Source: Deltaproteobacteria bacterium
GTDB lineage: Bacteria > Myxococcota > XYA12-FULL-58-9
NCBI GenBank assembly: GCA_016218825.1
Contig: JACRCV010000075.1
Location: 166,358 to 230,357 of the forward strand
Direction: 5' to 3'
DNA length: 64,000 bases
Positions 17,589 through 26,697 of the stretch are shown here, piece after piece; within the stretch, counting starts at the first letter, position 1; the number at the start of each line of letters is the position of its first letter. The translations under genes were made by a program, and so were the position numbers. Below the pieces are notes generated by a model that was given only the letters and a program-made list of their open reading frames with translations, was not told where the DNA came from and searched no databases.

Positions 17589-18826
17589 CCCGAGAGCGCA
17601 GCCATGGCGCAGCGCTGGTGCTGCTCGCGGTCGCGGTGCCGATCGGCGAGGGGGTCGGGGTGTTCGCCACCGCGGCCTTGGCATTGGCGACCGTCGCCCG
17701 GCGTCGCGAGCTCGAGCTCGCGCCTTGTGTCGCGGGGGTCGCGGGCCGGACGCTGTTGGCGTTTGGCGTCTGGCTCGCGGCCGGCCTCGTGGCGGTCGCT
17801 CTGGGGCACGAGGGGCTGCATCGCGCCTCGGAGCTCGGGATCCTGGTGCCGCTGTTGGCGCTGCCGTTGGTGCTGATCGCGGTCCGGGCGCTGCCGCCCC
17901 GGTGGCTGGCGCTTGCGACCGCGGCCTTCGTGCTCACGCTCGCCGTCGCCTGCGTCTTCGCGCTGCTGCAGTTCGCCTTCAACGTCCGCCCGGGCGAGTC
18001 GATCGCGCGGGTCGCGTCCACGGTCGCGAGCCAGGGGCGGATCCCCGGCGACTTCGAGCGCACCGCCGCCGGTGGGTTCTACTTCCATCGTTTGAAGATG
18101 GCCCACGTGCTGCTCCTGGGCATCGGCGTCTTGTGGTCGCGGCAGCTCTTCGGGGCGTTGAGCGCGAGGCGGCGGGTCGCGGAGCTGGTGCTCCTCGGCC
18201 TCTACGCCTGCACCCTCATGTTCACCTACACCCGCGGCGCGTTGCTCGCCGCCGCGGTGGCGATGGTCGCGACCTTGGTCTTTGCACCGCGGCGCTACAA
18301 GGTCGCGGGGCTCGGGCTCGCGGTCGTCGCCGGGATCCTGATGCTGAGCATCCCCAGCGTCCGCGGCCGGCTGGCGTCGATCGGCGGCAGCGAGGCCAAG
18401 GCGGTGCGGGCCCTCATCTGGTCGCAGGGGGTTCGGATCATCGCCGACCATCCGCTCGGCGTCGGGCTGTCGAACTACCCCGCGGTGGTCAACCGTTACT
18501 ACGACGCCGAGGACCCCCACTTCGACATCCGCACCTACCCGCACAACATCCTGTTCGCGGCCTGGGCGGAGGCCGGACCGATCGGGCTCGTCGCTTACGC
18601 GATGGCCTGGCTGCAGGTGATCCTCGGCTGCATCGCGGCGCTGTGGCGGCGTGGCGGAGACCGGGCGCTGCGCGTGACGGCGGGGGCGGGGCTGTTCGGA
18701 GTCACGGCGTTGTTCGTCGTGGGCTTGACTCACGACGTGCTCTTCCACAAGCCTGTGGCCCTGGCGTTCAGCTTGCTCGTCGGGGCGACCCTCGCGCGCC
18801 TTGCCACCGAGCCTGAGGAGGGTTGA
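17585..18826 (+). CDS. O-antigen ligase (WaaL/Wzy_C) family membrane protein
   Basis: Internal start MTRERSHGAALVLL... of the long frame 15536..18826. Wzy_C motifs YTRGALLAAAVAMV, HPLGVGLSNY, HNILFAAWAE. Confidence 0.8.
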   Translation: MTRERSHGAALVLLAVAVPIGEGVGVFATAALALATVARRRELELAPCVAGVAGRTLLAFGVWLAAGLVAVALGHEGLHRASELGILVPLLALPLVLIAVRALPPRWLALATAAFVLTLAVACVFALLQFAFNVRPGESIARVASTVASQGRIPGDFERTAAGGFYFHRLKMAHVLLLGIGVLWSRQLFGALSARRRVAELVLLGLYACTLMFTYTRGALLAAAVAMVATLVFAPRRYKVAGLGLAVVAGILMLSIPSVRGRLASIGGSEAKAVRALIWSQGVRIIADHPLGVGLSNYPAVVNRYYDAEDPHFDIRTYPHNILFAAWAEAGPIGLVAYAMAWLQVILGCIAALWRRGGDRALRVTAGAGLFGVTALFVVGLTHDVLFHKPVALAFSLLVGATLARLATEPEEG

Positions 18827-18883
18827 GTCACGTCGAGAGCACGTCCCAGGTCCGCGGCGGGCGAAGCCCGGTCGCACGGGAAG

Positions 18884-20029
18884 GTGGCGTTGGTCCACGA
18901 CTGGCTCGTGGCGCAGCGCGGCGGCGAGCACGTCCTGTTGCAGCTGGCGCGCTTGTTTCCCGAGGCGCCGATCTACACCCTGGTCCACGCCAAGGGGTCG
19001 GCGGACCCCGAGATCGAGGCGCACCCGATCCGCACCAGCTTCATCCAGTCGTTGCCCGGCGTGCCCCACACTTTCCGCCCGTACCTGCCGCTGTTTGCGG
19101 CGGCCATCGAGACCTTCGATCTGAAGGCCTTCGACCTGATCCTCTCTACCAGCCACTGCGTCGCCAAGGGCGTTCGACTCCGAACCGGGCAGGTGCACCT
19201 GGCTTACATCCACACGCCGATGCGCTACCTCTGGGATCAGCTCGCCGAGTACCTGCCCCAGATCCCGGGCCGCCACCTGCTCGAGCCCCCGGTGCGGCTG
19301 TTGACCGCGCCGTTGCGCCACTGGGACGTCACGAGCAGCCGGCGGCCGACGCGCCTCATCGCCAACTCCGAGTTCGTCGCCGGCCGCATCAAGCGCGTGT
19401 GGGGCCGCAACGCCGACGTCGTTTACCCGCCGGTCGACGTCGACTACTTCGCTCGGGCGCGGCGTGTCGCGCGGCGCGGTTTCCTGGTGGTCAGCGCCCT
19501 CGTCGCCTACAAGCGCGTCGACCTCGCGGTGGCCCTCGCCACCCGCAGCCTGCTCGACCTCACCGTGGTCGGCGACGGCCCCGAGCTCCCCCGCCTCCGG
19601 GCGATGGCCGGCCCCACGGTCCGCTTCGTGGGCTCGCTGGGACCGGCGGAGCTGCGGCAGGCGTACGCCGGCGCCCGGGCGCTGTTGTTCTGCGGCGTCG
19701 AAGACTTCGGCATCGTGCCGGTCGAGGCCATGGCCACCGGCTGCCCGGTGATCGCGCTGCAGGAGGGCGGGGCCCTCGAGACCGTCAAGGCCTTCGGCAA
19801 GACCCCGACCGGCGTCTTCTTCCGCGAACCGTCCCTCGCGGCGATTGATGACGCGGTGCGGCGCTTCGAGGTCTTGGAGGCCGAGGGGGCCTTCGCCCGC
19901 GACGTGCTCCTGGCGCACGCGCGTCGCTTCTCCTCCGACCGGTTCGTCGCCGGCTTTACCGCGATCCTCGATCAGTACGCCAGGGGCTCGGCCCCGACCC
20001 CTGAAAAGCCATCGCAGCCGGCCGGCTGA
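18884..20029 (+). CDS. family 4 glycosyltransferase
   Basis: GTG start. MALVHDWLV... and PVEAMATGCPVIALQEGGALETV are GT4 signatures. Confidence 0.85.
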   Translation: MALVHDWLVAQRGGEHVLLQLARLFPEAPIYTLVHAKGSADPEIEAHPIRTSFIQSLPGVPHTFRPYLPLFAAAIETFDLKAFDLILSTSHCVAKGVRLRTGQVHLAYIHTPMRYLWDQLAEYLPQIPGRHLLEPPVRLLTAPLRHWDVTSSRRPTRLIANSEFVAGRIKRVWGRNADVVYPPVDVDYFARARRVARRGFLVVSALVAYKRVDLAVALATRSLLDLTVVGDGPELPRLRAMAGPTVRFVGSLGPAELRQAYAGARALLFCGVEDFGIVPVEAMATGCPVIALQEGGALETVKAFGKTPTGVFFREPSLAAIDDAVRRFEVLEAEGAFARDVLLAHARRFSSDRFVAGFTAILDQYARGSAPTPEKPSQPAG

Positions 20030-20243
20030 TCCGACCGCGCCCGCAAGCTTTTCTCCGCCCCGACATCCGTGTCGCGCTCCCAAGCGCGCCGGGCAAACGA
20101 CCGTGCCACCGCCGGCCAACCGTGCCGCAGCACGCACCGAGAACCGGTCGAGAAAGACGCCTGAACGCCATGATAACCGTCATGTTTTCCGGCGCCACCT
20201 ATCAACGTTGCCGCAAACGTGCTACAGGCAGCCGTCCTTCGCG

Positions 20244-20266
20244 GCTGGGGCGTGTTTTTTGCACTT
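20244..20266 (+). promoter_or_regulatory. weak sigma54-like -24/-12 element (ctgGGgCgtgttttTTGCAc)
   Basis: GG at 20248-49 and GC at 20261-62 give the canonical 12-bp offset, with TTGCA at -12. It lies in the ~260-bp lower-GC gap before the priming transferase gene. The consensus match is only partial. Confidence 0.2.
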
Positions 20267-20289
20267 CGGCCGCGGGGGCGCTGATAAAG

Positions 20290-21690
20290 ATGTTGAGAAG
20301 GCACCACAGGTTCTTCCAATCGCTGCAGGTGTTGCGCGACGCCGTCCTCGTGGGCGTGAGCTTCTACCTCGCGTATCTCGGGCGGTTCTCGTTCCCGGGG
20401 CTGTTGCCGTTCGGCACCGTGACGCCGCGGCAGGAGGCCATCTGGGTCGGCTTGATGCTGATGATGGTGTGGCCGGCGATGGGTTGGATGGCCGGGCTGT
20501 ACGTGAGCCGGCGGTCGCGGGGGGTCGCGGCGGAGTTCTTCGACGTCTCGCGGACGTCGTTCATCGCGTTCATGGTGCTCGTGACGTTGGCCTACTTCAG
20601 CCGCGACGAGCGCTTTTCGCGCGGCATCCTGGTCTTGTGGGCGCTGTTGTCGGTGCTCGTCGTCGGGCTGGCTCGGGTGGCGAGCCGGGTGGCGCTGGGG
20701 TCGGTGCGCTCCCGGGGTTACAACCTCCGGCACGTGATCATCGTCGGCACCGGGGACCTGGCGCGGCGGGTCGCGAGCCTGATCCGGCAGCAAGGGTCGT
20801 TGGGGATGCGGGCGGTCGGCGTGGTGGCGCCGAACACCGAGCGCGCCAAGACCAAGATCGGAAACCTCCCTGTTTTTGGAAAGGTCAGCGACTTGCACCG
20901 CATCCTCGCCGAGCACGCGGTGGACCAGGTGATCGTGGCGCTGCCGATCGACAAGCTCGGGGCGTTGAAGGAGATCATGACCGTCTTGTCGCAGGAGCCG
21001 GTCGACGTGCGGGTGATCCCCGACTTCTACCAGTACATGACGCTGTGCGGCAGCGTCGAAGAGTTCGCCGGGCTGCCGATCATCAACCTGCAGGCGACGC
21101 CCCTCGTCGGCTGGAACCTGGTCGCGAAGCGGACCTTCGACATCGTGGTGACCGGCATCGGCCTGGTGTTGGTGACGCCGCTCGTCACGCTCACCGCGCT
21201 GTTCATCAAGCTCACGAGCCCCGGGCCGGTGTTCTACGTCCAGGAGCGGGTCGGGATGGACGGCCGCAAGTTCCAGATGTTCAAGCTCCGCACCATGCGG
21301 GTCAACGCCGAGGCCGACGGCGTGCAGATGACGAGCCCCGACGACCCGCGCCGCACCCGGCTCGGCTCGCTGTTGCGCCGCCTGTCGATCGACGAGCTGC
21401 CGCAGCTCTGGAACGTGATGAAGGGCGACATGAGCCTGGTGGGGCCGCGGCCGGAGCGCCCGTGCTTCATCGAGACCTTCAAGCGCGACATTCCGCGCTA
21501 CGCGTTGCGGCACAAGATCAAGGCCGGGATGACGGGTTGGGCGCAGGTGCACGGGATGCGCGGCGACACCAGCATCGCGAAGCGCATCGAGCTCGATCTG
21601 TACTACATCGAGAACTGGTCGCTGCTCCTCGACTTGCGCATCCTGTTCCGCACCGTGTTTGGAGGCTTCTTGTCCCCGAACGCCTACTAG
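20290..21690 (+). CDS. undecaprenyl-phosphate sugar phosphotransferase (WcaJ/EpsZ-like polyprenyl glycosylphosphotransferase)
   Basis: ATG 20290 after the lower-GC intergenic region. C-terminal bacterial sugar transferase domain (FDIVVTGIGLVLVTPL...GPVFYVQERVGMDGRKFQMFKLRTM...DELPQLWNVMKGDMSLVGPRP). Confidence 0.85.
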   Translation: MLRRHHRFFQSLQVLRDAVLVGVSFYLAYLGRFSFPGLLPFGTVTPRQEAIWVGLMLMMVWPAMGWMAGLYVSRRSRGVAAEFFDVSRTSFIAFMVLVTLAYFSRDERFSRGILVLWALLSVLVVGLARVASRVALGSVRSRGYNLRHVIIVGTGDLARRVASLIRQQGSLGMRAVGVVAPNTERAKTKIGNLPVFGKVSDLHRILAEHAVDQVIVALPIDKLGALKEIMTVLSQEPVDVRVIPDFYQYMTLCGSVEEFAGLPIINLQATPLVGWNLVAKRTFDIVVTGIGLVLVTPLVTLTALFIKLTSPGPVFYVQERVGMDGRKFQMFKLRTMRVNAEADGVQMTSPDDPRRTRLGSLLRRLSIDELPQLWNVMKGDMSLVGPRPERPCFIETFKRDIPRYALRHKIKAGMTGWAQVHGMRGDTSIAKRIELDLYYIENWSLLLDLRILFRTVFGGFLSPNAY

Positions 21691-21799
21691 CGCTCGGGGT
21701 CTTTTGAAATTGGCGTCGCGGTTCGAATTTGCTAGGTTCCCGACACCCTTCGGCGCCGTGGCCCGCGGGGAAGGACACACTCATCAAGGTGGAGCTTCG

Positions 21800-22918
21800 A
21801 TGTCAGCACCCGTCCCATTCTTGGATCTTCCGCAACAACACCGGCCGCTGCTCAACGAGCTGAACCAGGTCATCGGCGGCCTCATCGCCGAGGGCAAGTT
21901 CATCGGCGGCGCCCCGGTCGCCGAGTTCGAGAAGGCGTTCGCCAAGTTCGTCGGCAGCGCGCACGCGGTCGGGGTCGCGAACGGCACCGACGCCCTGATG
22001 CTGGCGCTCCGGGTGCTCGGGGTCTCGAGGGGCGACGTGGTCATCGTCCCGGCGCACACCTTCATCGCCACCGCCGAGGCGGTCAGCATGGTGGGCGCGA
22101 CGCCGCGCTTCGTCGACATCGATCCGATCACCTACACCCTCGATCCGAAGGCCCTCGCCGCGGTCGACAAGACCGGGGTCAAGGCGGTGATGCCGGTGCA
22201 CCTCTACGGGCAGCCGGCGGACATGGCCCCGATCCTCGCCACCGCGAAGCAGCACGGCTGGCACGTGGTCGAGGACTGCGCCCAGTCGCACGGCGCGACC
22301 TACCAGGGCAAGGTCACCGGCTCGTTCGGGGTGCTCGCCGGGTTCTCGTTCTATCCCGGCAAGAACCTCGGCGCCTTCGGCGACGGCGGCGCGGTCACCG
22401 GCTCCGACGACGCCCGCATCGATCACCTGCGGCGGGTGGCCGATCACGGCCGGCAGACCAAGCAGCTGCACGGCGAGCCGGGCGTCAACTCGCGTTTGGA
22501 CGCCATCCAGGCGGCGGCGCTGACCATCAAGCTCAAGCACCTCGCGGCGTGGAACAAAGAGCGCGCGGTCGCCGCCGGCTGGTACGAGGCCCGCCTCAAG
22601 GACGTCAAGGGCGTCGTGACGCCGAAGGTCGGCGCCCTGCGGTCCCACATCTACCACATCTACGCCCTCCAGGTGCCGGAGCGCGATCGCTTCCTCGAGC
22701 ACGCTGCCGCGCAGGGCGTCGGCTGCGGCGTGCACTACGCGGTGCCCTTGCACCTGCAGCCGGCGTACAAGGCGCTCGGCCACAAGCAGGGCGACTTCAA
22801 GGTGGCGGAGCAGGTGACCGCGCGTTGCGTCAGCCTGCCGATGTTCCCCGGGATCACCGAGGCGCAGGTGGACCAGGTCGTGAAGGTCGTCAAAGAACAC
22901 GTGAAGGCCGGGAGCTAA
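21800..22918 (+). CDS. DegT/DnrJ/EryC1/StrS-family sugar aminotransferase (PLP-dependent)
   Basis: ATG 21800 with AAGGTGGAG Shine-Dalgarno. ...GTDALMLAL...VIVPAHTFIATAEAV... and FYPGKNLGAFGDGGAVT are family signatures. Confidence 0.9.
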   Translation: MSAPVPFLDLPQQHRPLLNELNQVIGGLIAEGKFIGGAPVAEFEKAFAKFVGSAHAVGVANGTDALMLALRVLGVSRGDVVIVPAHTFIATAEAVSMVGATPRFVDIDPITYTLDPKALAAVDKTGVKAVMPVHLYGQPADMAPILATAKQHGWHVVEDCAQSHGATYQGKVTGSFGVLAGFSFYPGKNLGAFGDGGAVTGSDDARIDHLRRVADHGRQTKQLHGEPGVNSRLDAIQAAALTIKLKHLAAWNKERAVAAGWYEARLKDVKGVVTPKVGALRSHIYHIYALQVPERDRFLEHAAAQGVGCGVHYAVPLHLQPAYKALGHKQGDFKVAEQVTARCVSLPMFPGITEAQVDQVVKVVKEHVKAGS

Positions 22919-22922
22919 AGAC

Positions 22923-23924
22923 ATGCCGCGCATCGCCGTCGTCGGGGCGGGCTACTGGGGCCCCAACCTCGTCCGCAATTTCCAGGGCCACAAAGACTGC
23001 ACCGAGCTGTGGGTCTGCGACCAGTCCAAGGCCCGCCTCGATCAGATGCGCACCCGCTTCCCGGGGCTGAAGTACACCGAGAGCTATGACGAGGTGCTGA
23101 AGTCCAACGTCGACGGCGTGGTGTTGGCGACGCCGGTGTCGACGCACTACGAGCTGGCGCGCCGGGCGCTGGAGCGCGGCAAGCACGTGTTCGTCGAGAA
23201 GCCGCTGGCGTCGTCGGCGGAGCACGCCAAAGATCTGGTGAGCCGCGCCGAGGCGGCGAAGCGCACCCTGATGGTCGGCCACACCTTCCTCTACAGCCCG
23301 CCGGTCTTGAAGGTGAAGGATCTGATCGCCAAGGGCGAGCTCGGCCGGATCTTCTTCGTCACCACGATGCGGGTGAACCTCGGGCTGCACCAGAAGGACG
23401 TCTCGGTCATCTGGGACCTGGCGCCGCACGACTTCTCGATCCTGTTCTATTGGCTGGGCGAGCGGCCGTCGGTCATCACCGCGACCGGCAAGGCGTTCGT
23501 GGTCTCCGGGATCCACGACGTGGCCTTCATCTCCGCCGAGTTCCCGTCGGGGACCATCGCCCACCTCGAGGTCAGCTGGCTGGCGCCGTCGAAGCTGCGG
23601 CGCACCGCGATCGTCGGCGACAAGAAGATGGCGGTCTACGACGACACCGAGGCGATCGAGAAGGTGAAGATCTTCGACCGCGGCGTCGACTTCAAGGACC
23701 CGGAGACCTTCGGCGAGTTCCAGCTGTCGTACCGCACCGGCGACATCTGGAGCCCGAAGCTCGCGCAGTCGGAGCCGCTGGCGCTCGAGGCCGGCGACTT
23801 CCTGAAGGCGATCAGCGACGGCACCACCCCGAAGAGCGACGGCCTGATGGGTCTGCGGGTCGTGGAGGCGCTGGCGGCGGCGCAAAAGAGCCTGGAGCAG
23901 GGCGGGGTGCCGATCAAGCTGTGA
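22923..23924 (+). CDS. Gfo/Idh/MocA-family NAD-dependent sugar oxidoreductase (WbpB/GnnA-like)
   Basis: MPRIAVVGAGYWGPNLVRNF... is a Rossmann N-terminus, followed by EKPLASS. Confidence 0.9.
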   Translation: MPRIAVVGAGYWGPNLVRNFQGHKDCTELWVCDQSKARLDQMRTRFPGLKYTESYDEVLKSNVDGVVLATPVSTHYELARRALERGKHVFVEKPLASSAEHAKDLVSRAEAAKRTLMVGHTFLYSPPVLKVKDLIAKGELGRIFFVTTMRVNLGLHQKDVSVIWDLAPHDFSILFYWLGERPSVITATGKAFVVSGIHDVAFISAEFPSGTIAHLEVSWLAPSKLRRTAIVGDKKMAVYDDTEAIEKVKIFDRGVDFKDPETFGEFQLSYRTGDIWSPKLAQSEPLALEAGDFLKAISDGTTPKSDGLMGLRVVEALAAAQKSLEQGGVPIKL

Positions 23925-23927
23925 CCC

Positions 23928-25385
23928 ATGATGGAGCGCGGCGACTACGAGCAGAAGCTCTGGCTCTTCGTTCTCGACATGGTCGCGTTCTTCGTGGCGC
24001 TGAACGGCGCCATCTACCTGCGCTACGGCTCGCTGTTGCCCTTTGCCAAGGGCGGCCCCGCTCCCTGGGAGCGGATCTTCGTGGCGTTTCCGTTCGTCGC
24101 CCTCGTCTGGCTGGTCGCCGGGGCGATGTTCGGCAGCTATCGGGCGCGGCAGAGCGCCTTCGAGGAGGTGGCGGCGGTGGTGCGCGCCACCTTGGTGGCG
24201 TTCCTCGCGGTCCTGAGCGTGACCTTCTTCTACCGCGGCTTCTCGTACTCCCGCGGCATGATCGGCTTTCTGATCCCGCTCGTGCTCCTGACCGTGATCG
24301 GCGGTCGGCTCCTGTTTCGCGCGGTGCGGCGGCGGGTGCTGCGGCGCTTCGGTGGGCGGCCGCGGGTCGCCATCCTCGGCAGGAGCAAGATCGGCAATAG
24401 CCTCTTGAAGGCGTTGTTGCGGGAGCGCGACTACTACGACGTCGTCGGGGTGGTGGCGACGACCGGGGTCTCCCCGATCACCCCGGACGCCGACGCCGAG
24501 GCGGCGGCGGAGCTGCCGCTGTTGGGCCACGTGCGCGACATCGAGGAGCTGTGCCGGAGCCAGAAGTTCGAGGCCCTGGTGCTCGTCGAGCGTCACCTGC
24601 CGGAGGACGTGGTGCTCGACTCGATCGAGGCCTGCCTGCGGCACCAGGTGAGCTGGAACATGATCCCGGCGGTGCACGAGCTGTTGCTCGATCGGGCCCG
24701 GGTCGATCTGGTGGACGGTATTCCGCTGGTCGGGATGCGGCGCAGCAACATCGTCGGCTTCAACTGGGCGGTCAAGCGCCTGTTCGACATCGCCCTGTCG
24801 CTGGCCTTGATCCTGCTGGCGTCGCCGCTGATGGCGGTGGTAGCACTCGCCATCAAGCTCAGCTCCAAGGGCCCGATCTTCTACGTACAACAGCGGATCG
24901 GCTACCACGGCCGGGCGTTCCCGTTCTACAAGTTCCGCTCGATGCACCGGAACAACGACGACGCCATCCACCGCGAGTACACCCGCAAGTGGATCATCGA
25001 GAACAAGGCGCACACCGAGGCCGGGGTGCGCAAGGTCCACAAGATCACCGACGATCCGCGGGTGTTCAAGGTCGGCAGGTTCATCCGCAAGTACTCCATC
25101 GACGAGCTGCCGCAGCTGTTCAACGTCCTCGGCGGCGAGATGAGCCTGATCGGGCCGCGGCCGGCGCTGCCCTACGAGGTCGAGGTCTATCGCGAGTGGC
25201 ATCGGCGGCGCTTCGAGGCGCCGCCGGGGATCACCGGGCTGTGGCAGGTGTCGGGGCGCAACCAGGTGTCGTTCGAGGAGATGGTGAAGCTCGACATCGA
25301 CTACCTCGAGAACTGGTCGCTGCTCTTGGACCTGCGCATCCTGGTGCGGACGGTGCGCGTCGTGCTCTTCGAGCACGCCTACTGA
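23928..25385 (+). CDS. second polyprenyl-phosphate sugar phosphotransferase (WbaP/PglC-like)
   Basis: Same C-terminal transferase domain as 20290 (KRLFDIALSLALILLASPLM...GPIFYVQQRIGYHGRAFPFYKFRSM...DELPQLFNVLGGEMSLIGPRP). Confidence 0.85.
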   Translation: MMERGDYEQKLWLFVLDMVAFFVALNGAIYLRYGSLLPFAKGGPAPWERIFVAFPFVALVWLVAGAMFGSYRARQSAFEEVAAVVRATLVAFLAVLSVTFFYRGFSYSRGMIGFLIPLVLLTVIGGRLLFRAVRRRVLRRFGGRPRVAILGRSKIGNSLLKALLRERDYYDVVGVVATTGVSPITPDADAEAAAELPLLGHVRDIEELCRSQKFEALVLVERHLPEDVVLDSIEACLRHQVSWNMIPAVHELLLDRARVDLVDGIPLVGMRRSNIVGFNWAVKRLFDIALSLALILLASPLMAVVALAIKLSSKGPIFYVQQRIGYHGRAFPFYKFRSMHRNNDDAIHREYTRKWIIENKAHTEAGVRKVHKITDDPRVFKVGRFIRKYSIDELPQLFNVLGGEMSLIGPRPALPYEVEVYREWHRRRFEAPPGITGLWQVSGRNQVSFEEMVKLDIDYLENWSLLLDLRILVRTVRVVLFEHAY

Positions 25386-25423
25386 GCCTTCCCGTGGGGC
25401 TGTCGCCGCGACAGGCCGGATTG

Positions 25424-26149
25424 ATGATCGCCGAGGCGCTCGGCGGCAGCGGCCGACTGGCGGTGTTGACCGGCGCCGGGATCTCGGCGGAGAGCGGCCT
25501 CAAGACCTTTCGCGATCCGGGCGGCCTCTGGCAGCAGTACCGCCTCGAGGAGCTGGCGACGCCCGAGGCCTTTCGGGCCCACCCCGAGCGTGTCCTCGAG
25601 TTCTACAACATGCGGCGCGCGAAGCTCTCGGAGGTCCATCCGAACGCCGGCCACGTCGCCCTCGCCGCGCTCGAGCGGCGGCTCGAGGAGCGCTTCACCC
25701 TCATCACCCAGAACGTCGACGACCTGCACGAGCGCGCCGGCAGCCGGCGGCTGTTGCACATGCACGGCGAGCTGAAGAACGTCCGCTGCGTCCGGTGTGC
25801 CGCGGTCGTCCCCTGGACCGCGGCGCTGCGCCTCGGGGATCGGTGCGCGGCGTGTCAGGGACAGCTGCGGCCGCACATCGTCTGGTTCGGGGAGGTGCCG
25901 TTCTTCCTCGATGACGCGATCCCGGCGGCGCTCGCCGGCGCGACCTTCCTGAGCATCGGCACGAGCGGCACGGTCTATCCGGCGGCCGGGTTCGTCGCCG
26001 CGGTCAAGGCCCAAGGCGGGCTCACCGCCGAGGTCAACCTCGAGCCGTCGGCGAACGCCGAGCTCTTCGACCTGCAGGTCTTGGGCAAGGCGGGCGAGGT
26101 CTTGCCGACCGTCTTGGAGGCGATCGGCGGCGCGCAGGCGCCCGCTTAG
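25424..26149 (+). CDS. NAD-dependent protein deacylase (Sir2/CobB family)
   Basis: GAGISAESGLKTFRD, ITQNVDDLHERAG, zinc ribbon CVRC...CAAC, and GTSGTVYPAAG. Start ATG 25424; GTG 25394 is an alternative. Confidence 0.85.
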   Translation: MIAEALGGSGRLAVLTGAGISAESGLKTFRDPGGLWQQYRLEELATPEAFRAHPERVLEFYNMRRAKLSEVHPNAGHVALAALERRLEERFTLITQNVDDLHERAGSRRLLHMHGELKNVRCVRCAAVVPWTAALRLGDRCAACQGQLRPHIVWFGEVPFFLDDAIPAALAGATFLSIGTSGTVYPAAGFVAAVKAQGGLTAEVNLEPSANAELFDLQVLGKAGEVLPTVLEAIGGAQAPA

Positions 26150-26646
26150 AAGCGCCAGATCCCGCCGAGATAGCCGTGGTAGTTGTCGATGTTGTCGCCG
26201 CCGTAGGCGAGGCGCTTGAACTGCACCATCGCGAAGGCGTCGAGGTTGGAGACCAGGTTCAACGCGAAGTAGCCCAGGGCGCCGTAGTGTCCGAGGTAGT
26301 CGCCGAGCCCGGTGGTGAGGCCGGCGGTGAGGCCGGCGCCGAGGGTCGCGAAGCCGAGGGGCACGAGGAACTTGAAGTTCAGATCGACGTCGGTGAGCGC
26401 CTCCTTGTCGGTGCTCCGCTTCATCTCGTACACCGTCGTCTGCGGCGTGATGTAGAAGTTGGCGGCGACCGGGATGTCGACGAAGAAGCCCCAGGCGAAG
26501 TTCGCCTTGTTCTTCTGGACCTTGCCGTGTTGGATATCGGCGCCGGCGGCGACGCCGAGACCGACGCCGCTGGCGTTGGCGGACGCGTCGATCGGCAGGG
26601 CGAGCAGGGCCACGAGGGTGATCATCGACGAGAGAGAGCGCTGCAT
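26146..26646 (-). CDS. small outer-membrane beta-barrel protein (OmpW/OMP_b-brl-like)
   Basis: Signal MQRSLSSMITLVALLALPIDASA, alternating beta-strand pattern, and C-terminal ...GGIWRF with aromatic end. GGAGG Shine-Dalgarno. Confidence 0.6.
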   Translation of the reverse strand: MQRSLSSMITLVALLALPIDASANASGVGLGVAAGADIQHGKVQKNKANFAWGFFVDIPVAANFYITPQTTVYEMKRSTDKEALTDVDLNFKFLVPLGFATLGAGLTAGLTTGLGDYLGHYGALGYFALNLVSNLDAFAMVQFKRLAYGGDNIDNYHGYLGGIWRF

Positions 26647-26697
26647 GGGAGACCTCCAGGGGCGAAGGATGATGGACGTCGGCCGTCGCCCGAACAT

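Noticed and set aside
15536-18826. A single 1096-aa plus-strand ORF spanning three gene positions
   Set aside because: Only the 3' portion (from ATG 17585, MTRERSHGAALVLL...) has coherent membrane-protein (Wzy_C/WaaL) content. Upstream it runs in a different frame from the GT4 gene (14842..15960) and from the membrane-protein gene (15942..17588). That upstream part reads as Arg-rich noise.
25424-26149. Sir2-domain protein as a defence effector (Thoeris ThsA or DSR-type)
   Set aside because: It is a short (~240 aa) CobB-like sirtuin with the standard zinc ribbon and no fused sensor or effector domain. No ThsB, TIR or other partner is nearby. It sits at the end of a biosynthetic locus.
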